This document shows, one piece after another, positions 15,954 to 29,202 of a DNA stretch of 64,000 nt. Both the position numbers and the translations under genes were made by a program. The DNA is from Octopus vulgaris. Lineage: Eukaryota. The stretch spans positions 131,936,001 to 132,000,000 of the forward strand of contig OX597814.1 in the NCBI GenBank assembly GCA_951406725.2, given 5' to 3'. The notes below the pieces were generated by a model. The model did no database searches. It was not told where the DNA came from and worked only from the letters and a program-made list of their open reading frames with translations. Positions within the stretch are counted from its first letter, which is position 1, and each line of letters starts with the position of its first letter.

Positions 15954-16499
15954 TATACTGATTGTTCAATTGGAAATGAAATAATTAACGTGGCAAGAAG
16001 ATATTTTACGGTAGAAACCTGAGTTTCATCGTTTCACGCTGTGCTATTTTTAGTGAATGACACTAATTCTCTAAGGTCTACTTTCATATAATTACCATTG
16101 GATAGGGAGTACCAGAATTAATTACTCATAATGTAAAAAAAAAAATATGAGTGAAAATTTGGTAATATAAAATATAAAGGAACGGAACTGAAACAAAGGA
16201 AAATTTTTCTGTTGACGTAGATAATCTAGCAATAATATATCACTTACTCACTCACTCAGTCACCCACCCACTCACTCACTCACTCACTCACTCACTCGCT
16301 CGCTCACTCACTCACTCACTCACTCACTCACTCACTCACTCACTCACTCACTCACTCACTCACTCACTCACTCACTCACTCACTCGCTCACTCGCTCGCT
16401 CACTCACTCACTCACTTACTCACTCACTCACTCACTCACTCATCTACTCACTTACTCGCTCTCTCATTTGTTCAATCTCTTTCCTTCCTCGCGCACACA

Positions 16500-16557
<58 letters not shown>

Positions 16558-17644
16558 GGTTACTCTGACCGATAAAGTCTGTCCTTTATCTATTGTTTTT
16601 CATTATGATCTACTTTTATAACTTTTATAGTTTCATAGAATTGTTTTGTATTTTATGCAAAACATTTCTAAACTGGCGAAGGCTTTAAGCCCCAATGATA
16701 TCTGATATCGCGTCCTATGGCTGGTCGTTTTCCGCTTGGTAAGGGTAATTACTCCGTATTTCTACTGTTCTAACAGCAAATCTATGTTTGAAAAAATATC
16801 TTATTTGTTTCGTAAAATATGATGGCTGCAATCTTATGTTCAAGTATTGCCATCGCCTGATCAAAAGTTCTACACATAGGAAGGTTACGGCCAGACATTT
16901 CCTTCTTTTTGTTTTTTATTACAAGCAATGCCTATGCATGATGATTTTCTATAGTGCACAAATCCAATTCTACTGACTCAACATAGACAACATAAGCTCG
17001 AAAAGAAGAACTAGTCCGTATCATTAAATATTGCCAGGTTTTCACTCAGAATTTCCCTCTCCTAGAGAGATGTTGTGACAAGAAAAGATGGCCAACCGCG
17101 CGCCTGTAGACCAACCCATATTTTTTCCATTTTCGTGCGCACGCATTCGTAATGGCTGTTGACTGCTTATGAGCTCTTTTGCCCTTTGGCAGGTCTTATT
17201 TTGCGTCCTGCAGTGTGTCCAACAATCACACGCCTCATTGGCCATGCAGCAGGTTGTACTGAGTTACACATTACTAGTAACACCTAAGAGCGACCTGATA
17301 TCGTACAATACATACATACATACATACATACATACATGCATACATGCATTCATACATACATACATACATACATACATACATACATACATACATACATACA
17401 TACATACATACATGCTTACATACAAATATATATACGAGCAAAAAGCCCCTCCCCAGTCCAATGGACGGTGCTGAGTTGTCAAACATTTAAACCAACTTTT
17501 CACAAAACAACTTTTCCGACCGTCCCATAGGCCTCCCCCTTGAGAAAGACTGATTTAACCTAAATTTGAGACACCAGCAAAAGAAGAAATAAAGATAGAC
17601 TTTTTTTCTATTCCAAAGAAAAACGATTTTATTCACAGTGCGTA

Positions 17645-17940
17645 GCTGGACCCCGAAAGGATGAAAGGCAAAGTCGACCTCAGTGGGATTTGAACTCAGA
17701 ACGTAGCAGCAGACGAAATACCTATTTCTTTACTACACACAGAGGGGACAAACAAGGACAGACAAACGGATTAAGTCGACTACATCGACCCCAGTGCGTA
17801 ACTGGTACTTAATTTATCGACCCCGAAAGGATGAAAGGCAAAGTTGACCTCGGCGGAATTTGAACTCACAAGGTAACGACAGATGAAATAGGTTACACAT
17901 TTCGCCCGGCGTGCTAACGTTTCTGCCAGCTCGCCGCCTT
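17645..17940 (-). mobile_element. SINE family A with internal tandem repeat
   Basis: Two successive CCCGAAAGGATGAAAGGCAAAGT.GACCTC.G.GG.ATTTGAACTCA units ending at the head ...CTGCCAGCTCGCCGCC. Confidence 0.85.
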
Positions 17941-18658
17941 TCAGAGTGACGAAATACTGCTTATTATTTTGCCCAGCGCAAGAATGTTTCTGCCAGTGTG
18001 CCATATTTTCTTCAGAATATAATGCTTCACAAATGTAGACAAGATATGGTTGTGTGTATATTTGCAGGTATGTCTATGCACATAGGCACAAATATTGCTA
18101 TGTGAATTGGGGTTTAGTTACACTGCGTGGCACCTTCAGAAAATGTCAATTATAATAGTCCTTGACTAATAATTGCTTTGAAAGTGAACCTGGTAGACGG
18201 TAACTGTGACTCAGAACAGAACCCAGTAGTGGACACTGGTACAGAAGTTCTAGCGTTTTAAGGAGTTCAGACGCGCCATACTTAACCATAATTGTTCTCA
18301 GATATAGTCTGACCCAGATTAGCGCTACCGGTTAAGGTCCCAGCTGTCGGTTAATTAGCATGTGACAACCGGTTTTGGTTTGTCTTCATCGCTTAATGCG
18401 ATTCCTCAGAGCAGACTATGAAATAAGTACTAAACTTAAGTTCTGTTGTTGATATATTCGACTAACCGTAGTCCTCCAGCATGGCTGCGGTCCAGTTACT
18501 GAAACAGATAATAGAGTGTATATGCTTTTATATTAGTGCATTTGCCAAATGTAATTAAATTCCAAGGTTTGGAATCATGGTGCCTTCGTTATCATTTATT
18601 GCCGCTTTGAAACAAGAATAATTCATGTTCTGCATTTGTGCAAGTTTTGTTGAATATA

Positions 18659-19942
18659 TTGGGTCATCCCATAAATAATGCGGTTTTTTATACTTCTTTT
18701 ATTTTTCAAAGAAAAGATAGACAAAGTTCTTTTTTTAATCTAAAATATACTCTCCTTCATTTTCTACAATGGTCTTCCATCTATCTGCTAGACTTGCACT
18801 GCTCTTCTTCCAAAATCCATTTGTTTGTGACGAAAAATACTCCTCCAGTACTGTTCTGACCTCGTCTACAGAAATCATATTTTTTTTTGTGTCTAAATGA
18901 TTTTGATGACTGCGGCATAAATGATAATCAGACGGGGCAATGACCGGCGAATATTGTGGGTGGGGCATCGTTTCCCATTCAAACTACTTCAGCCTTTGAC
19001 TATCACCCTAGCTGTATGTGGCTGAGCATTATCCTGATGGAAGAACACCTTTCGTCTTGAAACCAAAGATGGTATTTTTCATCTAGCGCTGACTTAAGTC
19101 ATTCAAGCTGCTCGCAGTAGACCTCCTTTGCTATCGTTTGGTTTGTGCTTAAAGGTTCAAAGGGAACTAAACCTTTCATACCCCACCAAACAGATAACAA
19201 CACCTTACGTAGGTGAAGACCTTTAGCGTGAGATGCCAATGTTTCTCCTTTCCCTATCCACTGTCTTTGACGCTTGACAATTTTATAGAGAACCCGTTTC
19301 TTGTCACCAGTCACTATTCGCTTCAAATCAAGGTTCATTCGTGAGACGTGACAGCAAAGAATAGCACACATTCACCCTCTGCGCGCGATTAGACTCGGAA
19401 AGTTTTTGAAGAACGCATTGATTCAATTTGCTTACTTTTCCGATGGCATGCAGGTGCGATGAATGATGAAATGACCAAATCTAGGCTTCTCTGCTAGTTC
19501 CTCAACAGTCACGATGAGATTTTGTTCCTCCAGGGTTTGCAGGGCGTCGTCGTCGAGCTCTACAGATCTTCCAGGATGAGGCTCATTTTCTAAGTTGTAG
19601 TTTCTGGCTCGGAATTTCTGGAACTACCGTTGACACTGGCTTATGCTTATTGACCAATCCCCATATACTGCATTAATATTCCTTGCACTTCTGTTGCGTT
19701 GTTGCCTTTATTGAACTCATAAAGCAAAAATATGCTGAATATGCTCTTTGTCACTTCCATTATAGCTCTGAAAAAAATAACTGTTAATCAAACTGCACTA
19801 TTCAAAACTTACACTAAGAATAAGGACAGGGTAAAATTACTACCTGCTTTTATAGCAAGTTGATGCAGGTAGTTTATTCCATCCCCCTCCAACTTTTAGT
19901 TCATGCAATTGAAAAAACTGCATTATTTATGGGATGACCCAA
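18659..19942 (-). mobile_element. Full-length (about 1.28 kb) inactive mariner element
   Basis: TIR TTGGGTCATCCCATAAATAATGC at both ends with TA duplication. Disrupted transposase from ATG at 19760 to GEYILD* at 18735, with IVTGDKK, HQDNAQPH and HPQYSPVIAPSDYHL motifs. Confidence 0.95.
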
Positions 19943-20445
19943 TAGCTTCTGCTTTCATGGCAATTTCTTTTACACGAATTTCGCTGAAGGGTTGTGAAAA
20001 TTTACTGCAACTGGTTGTAAGTTGATAAAAATTTCCATAAATAAAAGTTGAACTAAATATTTATAGTTTCTAAAGTTATGTCGATCTTTTATGATAAAAT
20101 AATTCGTCCAGTGTGTGCTTGCTAACTTCGATTTTATGAATTGGGTTTTGGTTACTTTCATTTTTTAACGTTTACTTGAACATATTAGAGTTTGTTCGTG
20201 CTGGGGGTATCACCTTGGAGGTTTTATTCGAGCAAATCGGCCCCAGTACTTAATCATTTCCGTTTAAGCCTGGTACATATTCTATTGATCACATTTTTGC
20301 GGGACCGTTAAGTTATGGGACGTAAATAAATCAGCACCGGTTGTCAAGCTGTCATGACAAACACAAACACACGAGACATATTCACATATAACACACACAC
20401 ATACGTACATACACATGCATGTATGTATCTATCTATCTATGTCTG

Positions 20446-20547
<102 letters not shown>

Positions 20548-20986
20548 CATAGATACATATAATATATAAAGTGAGGAGTTTTATATAATTAACTACATTG
20601 TATACTAATATTACTGCATTAGATACTTGAAAATTATTTACTGCCGCTATCATTACATCATCGGTCATATTCCCGCCCGTTTATATTTATAAATTTATAT
20701 TTATTTATATAACATTATGTCTCAATATCCTACGGGATTTCCGATGCTACTTAACAGATATAAATGTGAAGTAGAAAATGCTATGATTTTTCATGTCTAT
20801 CATAAGGACATATGAACTCATGCTTGGATATATATATATATATATAACTTATAAATAAGGGCAAACGAAAAAAATTTTAATGCCATATATGCCGAAACTT
20901 GACACATTGTCCATAACCATATAATTTATTACAATAAGCACGCTACTCGAGAAAGGTCGACAGACATTTCTAAAAAATTCCGTTAT

Positions 20987-21043
20987 TACCATATGGACCG
21001 ATTTCAGGGTTAGTTCATAAGAACCCTCCCTTCGTCAGTGATA
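20987..21043 (-). ncRNA. Hammerhead ribozyme motif in Penelope-type terminal repeat
   Basis: TATCA-CTGACGA-AGGG...CCCT-GAAA-TCGGTCCA-TA-TGGTA. The surrounding 20855-21090 is homologous to 43938-44996. Confidence 0.65.
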
Positions 21044-21090
21044 TGCTGGCCATTGACAAAATTTTTTCGAAAAAATTTAATCCTACATTA

Positions 21091-21142
<52 letters not shown>

Positions 21143-21465
21143 CATACATACATACATACATACATACATACATACATACATACATACATACATACATGAC
21201 CATTTTAAGAAATGATAACAAAATCATCCAGCAGGCACACATACTTAGTATGTCCTTTGACTAATTTTAATTTTAATCCTTCAGCTATTTAATGCTTTAC
21301 TTGGGCCTGCGATCGCTTATATTATTACTTCTGTTACCTTATTTTTTTAAATAGTCATTCCGGATGATAACACAATTAATAATATCTTGGCAAATTAATT
21401 TTTGAGAAATATATTTTTTCTCGTGAATTATTTGCCCCTGTATAGAGTGTATATGTGTATACATA

Positions 21466-21512
21466 CGAGGGGCGTTCAATAAGTAATGCCCCTGACCCAC
21501 TTGCAGTTGTTT
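21466..21512 (+). mobile_element. Solo mariner terminus (same family as 3992-5068)
   Basis: TA-CGAGGGGCGTTCAATAAGTAATGCCCCTGACCCACTTGCAGTTGTTT matches the 5068 end of the first mariner, then stops abruptly. Confidence 0.9.
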
Positions 21513-22828
21513 GAAGATATCAAAATTAGCAGATAATTTAGATAATCAGTCTAAGCGAATGAAGACAGATAACCCTTATTTAATCCCCTATTATCGATCT
21601 AAAAGTAAATATAACACCTTCAAAAGTAATTACGCTATGAATACTAGTAAAAATATTTGGTTAATAATTCCTTACGGGAGACAAATTAAATCTAATCTCC
21701 CACTGCTGTTTCGTCAAGCTATTGCAAGGGATTTTCCAAACAATTCTAGATATTACTCTATAATCAATTCACATAAGGTTAGGATAGGTTTTTCAAACAC
21801 AAAAAATCTCTTGCAAATTATCTCTTCTCATAATAACAAACTGTTAAATATTAATACATTTACTAATACTAACATTAATTTAGCTAATACCATCCAACCC
21901 TCTAGAAATATTAATAACAAGGTTATTGTATCTGAAGTCAATTCCAATAGAATTAAGTTTATGTCAAGTAACTCTAAGATTAAAAATTCTATATACCAGT
22001 GTCTAATCGGTACTCGTAATAAAGTACGATTTTACATTGGAAGCACAATGTAGAGTTATCTAAAAGAATTTCTATCCATTACTCAACATTTAGGGATAGA
22101 AATAAACGGAATAGTACCGGTCTCAGCAAACTGATTTGGGATTTAAAAGACCATAATGAACAATTTCATTTAGAATGGTTGATTCTCTCAATTTCGATAC
22201 CATATGACAAAGGCAAGAAATTCTGTCTTCTCTGTAATTCTGAGCTATTTTTCATTATTTTTTCTAAAAATACTCTAGTAAACACGGTTATAGAGCGAGC
22301 ATACAGATGTAAGCATTGGCAAAAACATACATTTAGTGCATATAAGTAGTCTCTATCATTATATATAATTTAAACTTTAATTTCCTTTATATTTAACATT
22401 CACTATTAATATCCCTACTCTTTTTGTTAGCTACTTATGACGTTATATCATATAACGTTTTTTTAAACAATATTAATAGCGTTCTGTCTATCGCTATACA
22501 AATCCATCATTTTTTGCTAAAATGTCTTATTGACGAGTTTCGTTTTTCTCACTTTCCTGAGGAGAAGATTGCATTGTTTATACCATTTATTCTTTTTAAT
22601 AGTATCAGTGGAATTTTCGAAACATGTGTCGAAAGTAAAAATATTTGATTACACCTGCGTTAACTCCATTTTTTTATTCATATCATTCAAAATATTCAAC
22701 GTAAACTCGAAGTTTCTACCTTTATAAACAAGGAGTTACAACACCTTTACTTGTGAGATTTTTGCGGCCCTGGTAACTATTTATTTGTTTTTCCGTGTTA
22801 ATTGTTAACAAGGTAAAAATACACTTAC

Positions 22829-22830
<2 letters not shown>
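21511..22830 (+). mobile_element. 5'-truncated Penelope-like retroelement (GIY-YIG endonuclease, 3' UTR/pLTR)
   Basis: KNIWLIIPY...DFPNNSRY..I.NSHKVRIGFSNTKNL.QIISSHN...IYQC...FYIGST, then after a frameshift KRISIHYSTF...STGLSKLIWDLKD...W.ILS...CLLCNSE...N...E...CKH, with stop at 22347-22349. Confidence 0.85.
22551..22636 (+). ncRNA. Hammerhead ribozyme motif downstream of Penelope ORF
   Basis: ACTTTC-CTGAGGA-GAAGATT...AATTTTC-GAAA-CATGTG-TC-GAAAGT: 6-bp stem I, intact core, UC cleavage site. Confidence 0.75.
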
Positions 22831-22873
<43 letters not shown>

Positions 22874-23035
22874 AAATGAGAAAATGGAGAAATATATCTA
22901 AATCAATCATCAACCATCATGTAATACCCAATCAATACTTTATTAAACCATTACACAATAGCAATGATATTATACATTAATATAGTACAAATATAACAAG
23001 ACATAGAAATAGAAATAGAAATACATTTACATTGT

Positions 23036-23147
23036 AGCTGACAGCTGTTTCGGCCGTGAAGACAGGTATGTCCCATTTAACCTATTAGCCATATAAAGCA
23101 GGTATAAATGAGACATTAACAAGAATATCTCACGGCCTCTTCAGAGA
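23036..23147 (-). ncRNA. Hammerhead ribozyme motif with long stem II
   Basis: CT-CTGAAGA-GGCCGTGA...TCACGGCC-GAAA-CAGCTG-TC-AG: 8-bp stem II base, palindromic stem III, short stem I. Confidence 0.65.
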
Positions 23148-23252
23148 ATTTAATGCAAGTATGAAAAAAATTTACATATAAATATAAATATGTGTGCATA
23201 CACACTCATATTCTTACATATATATATATACACAATAATGCAATATAAACAA

Positions 23253-23977
23253 TATAGATCAATATACATCAACAAACACAATAATGTTCCATATTGAAGT
23301 CCAAAGTTCCATAACCAAAATCAAGAAACCACAAACATGTACACTCACACTCAAAGCAGGCATATATATTGAACAGTCCAATATATTAAAATGTGTCATT
23401 TCACAAAAAGTCAATAAAATTAATATCACCACGACTGTACCATCCAATGCAAGCGGACATCCGCATATATACGCAATCAGTCGAATTCCTCTGCCCGCAT
23501 GGTATTGATTTTCATAGATGGATTTGATTGGCTTATACTTTTAAATTTGAATTACAATAGAAATTTTACGGTTAGTTAGCTAGGAAACATACACACGCGC
23601 ACGCTCATCCACAAATCGTGCGCACATACATACATAGTTATATGTATACACACACACACACACCCACACACATACACACAGACATACTCACATACACAAC
23701 CAAATCATAAATAAATAAATAAATAATATAAGAGGTACTATCGCAACTATACACATGAAAAACAGAGGAACTCAACCGATTGCACGATGGTACAGTCGTG
23801 GTGATATTAATTTTATTGACTTTTTGTGAAACGACACATTTTAATATATTGGACTGTTCAATATATATGCCTGCTTTGAGTGTGAGTGTACATGTTTGTG
23901 GTTTCTTGATGTTGGTTATGGAACTGTGGAGTTCAATATGGAACATTATTGTGTTTGTTGATGTATATTGATCTATA
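23253..23977. repeat. Long inverted repeat (about 190-bp arms, about 340-bp spacer)
   Basis: 23253-23444 is the near-exact reverse complement of 23786-23977. This also produces the mirrored ORF pairs in the track. Confidence 0.92.
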
Positions 23978-24150
23978 ATAATATAATAATTTTACCTTTG
24001 CCCATAATTTTTACCTTCGCCCATAATACAGTAGATGAATTAATTGCATCGCAATTTTTAACATTTATGTATTAGCTTTGTTGGGTACTTCTCTAGCAGT
24101 ATATTGGATATATGTTATCCCATGGTGGGTTGAATTTACAACCCCTATCT

Positions 24151-24244
<94 letters not shown>

Positions 24245-24307
24245 GTATATATAAATGTGTGTGTGTATCTATCTATCTATCTATCTATCTTTCTCTCTCT
24301 GTCTCTG

Positions 24308-24398
<91 letters not shown>

Positions 24399-24437
24399 GT
24401 CTGACTGTCTGTCTCTTTCCCCTTCTCTTTCTCTCTC

Positions 24438-24472
<35 letters not shown>

Positions 24473-24479
<7 letters not shown>

Positions 24480-25043
24480 TAAGAGTAGAAATTGCTATTA
24501 ATCAATTAATACCAGTGGCTTAGCATATTTTAAAAAATCCGAAGATTAAAAATTGTGTTACATACAAAATTTAGAGGACTGACCACTAAAAGTGGACAGC
24601 CTATATGCTAAACATAGACGTTAAATCGGCATTACCACGATTGACGCACTGAGATCGTAAACTACTCTGCAGTTAATAAACTACAGCAGTCAATTTACAG
24701 TCAATTGAAAGATACACTTAAATATAATTTGTAGAACTATACATGCTGGATTTCGGTTGAGCGTTCTGTATCTAGTTCTGGAAATTGTGTTTTGTAAACG
24801 ACAGACTATGCTGATGATCTTGCAGATATTTGCGTGTCCATATACGTAAATATTAACAAGTAAGACCAATGGTACATAGGTAATCGTTTTTTATTTCGTA
24901 TATTCTCATTTGTCTTGCATATTTTTACATTTTAGTTTTTTGCTGAGATTTTTCTTGAGAACACATTCTTCGTGGTAATGGCGATTTGACGTCTATTTTT
25001 AGCATATAGGCTGTCCATTTCTAGTGGTCAGTCCTCTAAATTT

Positions 25044-25048
<5 letters not shown>
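24473..25048. mobile_element. Fold-back element inserted in (TA)n, about 80-bp inverted arms
   Basis: 24562-24640 is inverted at 24970-25048. Same family as 33985-34298. Confidence 0.75.
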
Positions 25049-25097
<49 letters not shown>

Positions 25098-25961
25098 AAT
25101 AATTGTTCTGCAATCCCATAATTGTATTATGGGATTGAGAAGGTTTATACACTCTATAACATAGATACTTGATTGAAAATACTATTATCTATGGCAATCC
25201 TAATCAAACAATGATAGTAAAGAGTGTTTCATAGTAAGTCCAATTATTTGTTTCGTGACCTCAAGTATTCACATGACATTGTTCTGGCCCGCAACGTATG
25301 AAAATCTAAAAATGTATTTCCGTAACACTTACATCGCTGACACTTGAAAAAAGGAAACAAAAAATTTTAATAATTCATTTTTTGCTATGACAAATGGACG
25401 TAGGCTTCACTGTTTATATATATTAATTCTGAATGTATTACTATATTTACGAATATATATTTTCAGCAGAAAGCAAGTTTATGCTATTACTAGAACGTAA
25501 ATAAAGAGATATTTGAAATGAATGACAGGGTAAAATCTCACAAATCGAGTTACCTTCCATTCAATGAGATATGCTCCAGTAATATATTCGTGTAAGTGAT
25601 GTTCAAAAATATATCATTTTAACGAACCGAAGACTCTATGGATTTTGAAATGGAGGCATGTACAGTTACATCTATCATGATGGAATTGACCATGTCTCTA
25701 AAGAGAGGGAAAATTAATGGAAGTAACAGAAATTCGTGTAATGAAATATGTAACTTTTATGACAGAATTACAAATATATTAGAATATATAGATTTTTAGA
25801 TCTAAAGTATAGAATCACTTAATATAATCTGAATAATAATTATATACGATCTTGTTATGCATTCATAAATATATATTAAAATATGTTTCTCCTTCGCTTA
25901 CGCATAGTTTGCCTCTACTATCTATCAATCAAACAATCAATCCATCAATCAATCAGCTAAC

Positions 25962-26041
<80 letters not shown>

Positions 26042-26243
26042 ATATTTGTATGTATTTGTGTATGTATACATCACTGTGCGTATATGCGTGTGCATATGTG
26101 TGTACTAATACACTACGTAAATGGAAAGCAAAATAATAATAGCAATAATAAACCTCTGAACGAGATGTAAACAGTAACCGCTCGACAACGTAAAGTATAA
26201 TAGCCATCTCAATATGGCTAACCATAAAGGGTGGGTGTTACTG

Positions 26244-26518
26244 TAGCTTTTATCCCCAGGAGATCATCGTCTCCAGCAGGCTTTAGGCACACTATCTGTG
26301 CTCTTATGGTATTTGCAAAGGGAGGTCATCCCTCTCTCGTAAGACTAAGTGATACGCACGGACCGCAGTTGACAAGAGGCAACTACCTCGAAACTGTGGT
26401 CCGTGCATATCACTTAGGCTTACGAGAGAGGGATGACCTCCCTTTGCAAATACCATAAGAGCACAGATAGTGTGCCTAAAGCCAGCTGGAGACGATGATC
26501 TCCTGGGGCTAAAAGCTA
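26244..26518. repeat. Near-perfect palindrome (about 127-bp arms, about 20-nt loop)
   Basis: TAGCTTTTATCCCCAGGAGATCATCGTC...CGGACCGCAGTT / AACTGTGGTCCG...GACGATGATCTCCTGGGGCTAAAAGCTA. Confidence 0.95.
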
Positions 26519-26746
26519 AAATAATAATAGGAGTAGTTAAAAAAAAAACAGTAAAGAATGACGTTGAATAGTCAACATTGGTATATAAAGCTATTTTCAT
26601 CTTTCCAATCTTCGGATATTGCACAAACTTTCGGTGTTTAAGTGACGAAAATATACTTAAATAATATTCTTGACTTCATTCGAAGTCATATTTTAAACTG
26701 TTCTTTGTACACACACACTTACGCACCAGCCACCGTTAAGGAGCCC

Positions 26747-26829
<83 letters not shown>

Positions 26830-26910
26830 GGCACATACGTAAAACATCTAAACGATACAGAATTAAAAATATGAATAAAATGAATATACAAATATATATA
26901 TATATATATA

Positions 26911-27340
26911 GGCGCAGGAGTGGCTGTGTGGTAAGTAGCTTGTTTACCAACCACATGGTTCCGGGTTCAGTCCCACTGCGTGGCACCTTGGGCAAGTGTA
27001 TTCTACTATAGCCTCGGGTCGACCAAAACCTTGTGAGTGGATTTGGTAGACGGAAACTGAAAGAAGCCTGTCGTATATATGTCTATATATATGTGTGTGT
27101 GTGTTTGTGTGCCTGTGTTTGTCCCCCTAGCATTGCTTGACAACTGATGCTGGTGTGTTTAAGTCCCCGTTACTTAGCGGCTCGACAAAAAGAGACCGAT
27201 AGAATAAGTACTTGGCTTACAAAAGGGGCGATAGAATAAATACTAGGCTTACAAATAATAAGTCCCGGGGTCGAGTTGCTCGATTAAAGGCGGTGCTCCA
27301 GCATGGCCGCTTTCAAATGACTGAAACAAGTAAAAGAGTA
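26911..27340 (+). mobile_element. Full-length tRNA-derived SINE family B
   Basis: GGCGCAGGAGTGGCTGTGTGGTAAG...GGGTTCAGTCCC head, CORE-like GCACCTTGGGCAAGT, internal (TA/TG)n, 3' GGCGGTGCTCCAGCATGGCCGC..AAATGACTGAAACAAGTAAAAGAG. Partial copies at about 7945, 10075, 14080, 18400, 32200, 47270 and 51520. Confidence 0.9.
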
Positions 27341-27402
27341 TATATATACGTTTAAATATTTGTTGTGCAAGATTTTTTATGTGAAGTCGTGTGTTGAAAC
27401 AG

Positions 27403-28386
27403 ATATTGTTATATTTCGGAATGGTCATATTGCCAGTTTAGCCAATAAAAACACACGCACTATATATTTGGTGTTATTTTGCTTCAGTGATATTTATTTT
27501 TTACATTAATCTTAATCTTATTTCGGCCAAAGTTCTTTCGTCACACTCCTGTGACCGCATCAGTGGTCCTTTGTTTTCTTCTCACTTACTTGTGTCTCTC
27601 CTTACTAACCGTCAGCCATTTTGTATTTCTATTGCATGTCTTCATTTGCGCATGCTTATATCTCTATGTGCGTCTATGTTTATTTAGTGTGTGTGTGTGG
27701 GGGGGATGCCTGTAATATTTGTATCTTCTGGTTATATACATTCTTGTAATTTGTATTTTGTTTTTGTTGTTGTTGCTTTTGTTCTAATTTTGTTCATGTG
27801 TTTACATCCACCCATTATTATCATTACATATGCTTGTATGTATGTATAACAACAATATTAGTAATAATAATAATAAATCTAATCGAAAAAAAAAGAAAAA
27901 AAAGAATATACATATACATATATATACATACATATACATATACATATATATATATATACATATATACACACATATATACACATATACATATACATATATA
28001 TACACATACACATATATATATAGATATTCATTTCTATTTCTTTAATTACCTGTGTATTTATTATGTTTGCAGGATCCACTATTGTCATATGTTGTGGTGT
28101 GCGCTATTGCTCCATTCTAGTTTTCTATTCAGGCTAGGTTTATTTTCTATTATATGTGTAGCTTCTGTAATTTGTCTAATTGTTGCATCTGTTCTATGTG
28201 TGGACAATATCTTAATCTCTATGTTATTGATTGATCCCCCGTGTTCTTGTTCGGCGTGTTGGTACAGAATCGATGAGCTTTTATAGATTAATGTAAAAAA
28301 TAAATATCACTGAAGCAAAATAACACCAAATATATAGTGCATGTGTTTTTATTGGCTAAACTGGCAATATGACCATTCCGAAATAT

Positions 28387-28394
<8 letters not shown>
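27403..28394 (-). mobile_element. Truncated Penelope-like element with inverted termini
   Basis: About 110-bp inverted arms (27403-27512 and 28285-28394). They enclose a minus-strand frame 28285-28085 (SSILYQHAEQEH...IKILS...DATIRQITEATHIIENKPSLNRKLEW*, a GIY-YIG C-terminus) and a degenerate hammerhead at 27525-27569. Confidence 0.8.
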
Positions 28395-28457
<63 letters not shown>

Positions 28458-29105
28458 CGTTTGTTGGCTGGCCATTCACTACTCATGAATTTCTCTATTT
28501 AAAACTTATTTAAAAATATAAATTTTTAAATAACTTTATCTGTTATCTCCTTCTTCGCTCTTGATCCCTGATTTTCAATCAATAGAAAATGTGTACCGCT
28601 TTCTCGGATGAATTCTGAATATAACTTGGGTTCATTGTTTGAATGGTTTTTTTATCATGGCCTTAAAGTTTACTTGGATGAAGTATCATGAAACTTCTAT
28701 TTTATATAAAAGTAATCTTTTTTCATAGTGCTTAAATTGGTGTATATATCTTTGTCATCTTACCTGGTACTTATATCCCTTTGTAAATTCTAAAATGTTT
28801 TACTTGTTATCATACAAATTATAATAATATATAGATTTTGCAATACTTTAGTTGTATCTCTTTTCCCACTGTACCCTTAATATCCATTTAGATCTCATTG
28901 TAACATCCTTGTTCTTTATTTACTTTTGATTCGCCTTACTTCGAGCTGCGCGGATAATACCGGACTGGCTTGGTGCCTCAACTTAAGTACCTAATTCAAC
29001 TGAATCTTAGTTATTCCTTATGTTTATATATATGCATATGTATGCATGTATGTATGTATGTATGTATGTATGTATGTATGTATGTATGTATGTATGTATG
29101 TATTA

Positions 29106-29202
<97 letters not shown>

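Noticed and set aside
21511-22349. Selenocysteine-recoded Penelope ORF
   Set aside because: The interruption is a frameshift near a TAG, not an in-frame TGA at a conserved Cys position.
23259-23971. Duplicated small protein genes on opposite strands (also 26231-26624)
   Set aside because: Mirror ORFs are a by-product of the inverted repeats and have no recognisable domain or splice structure.
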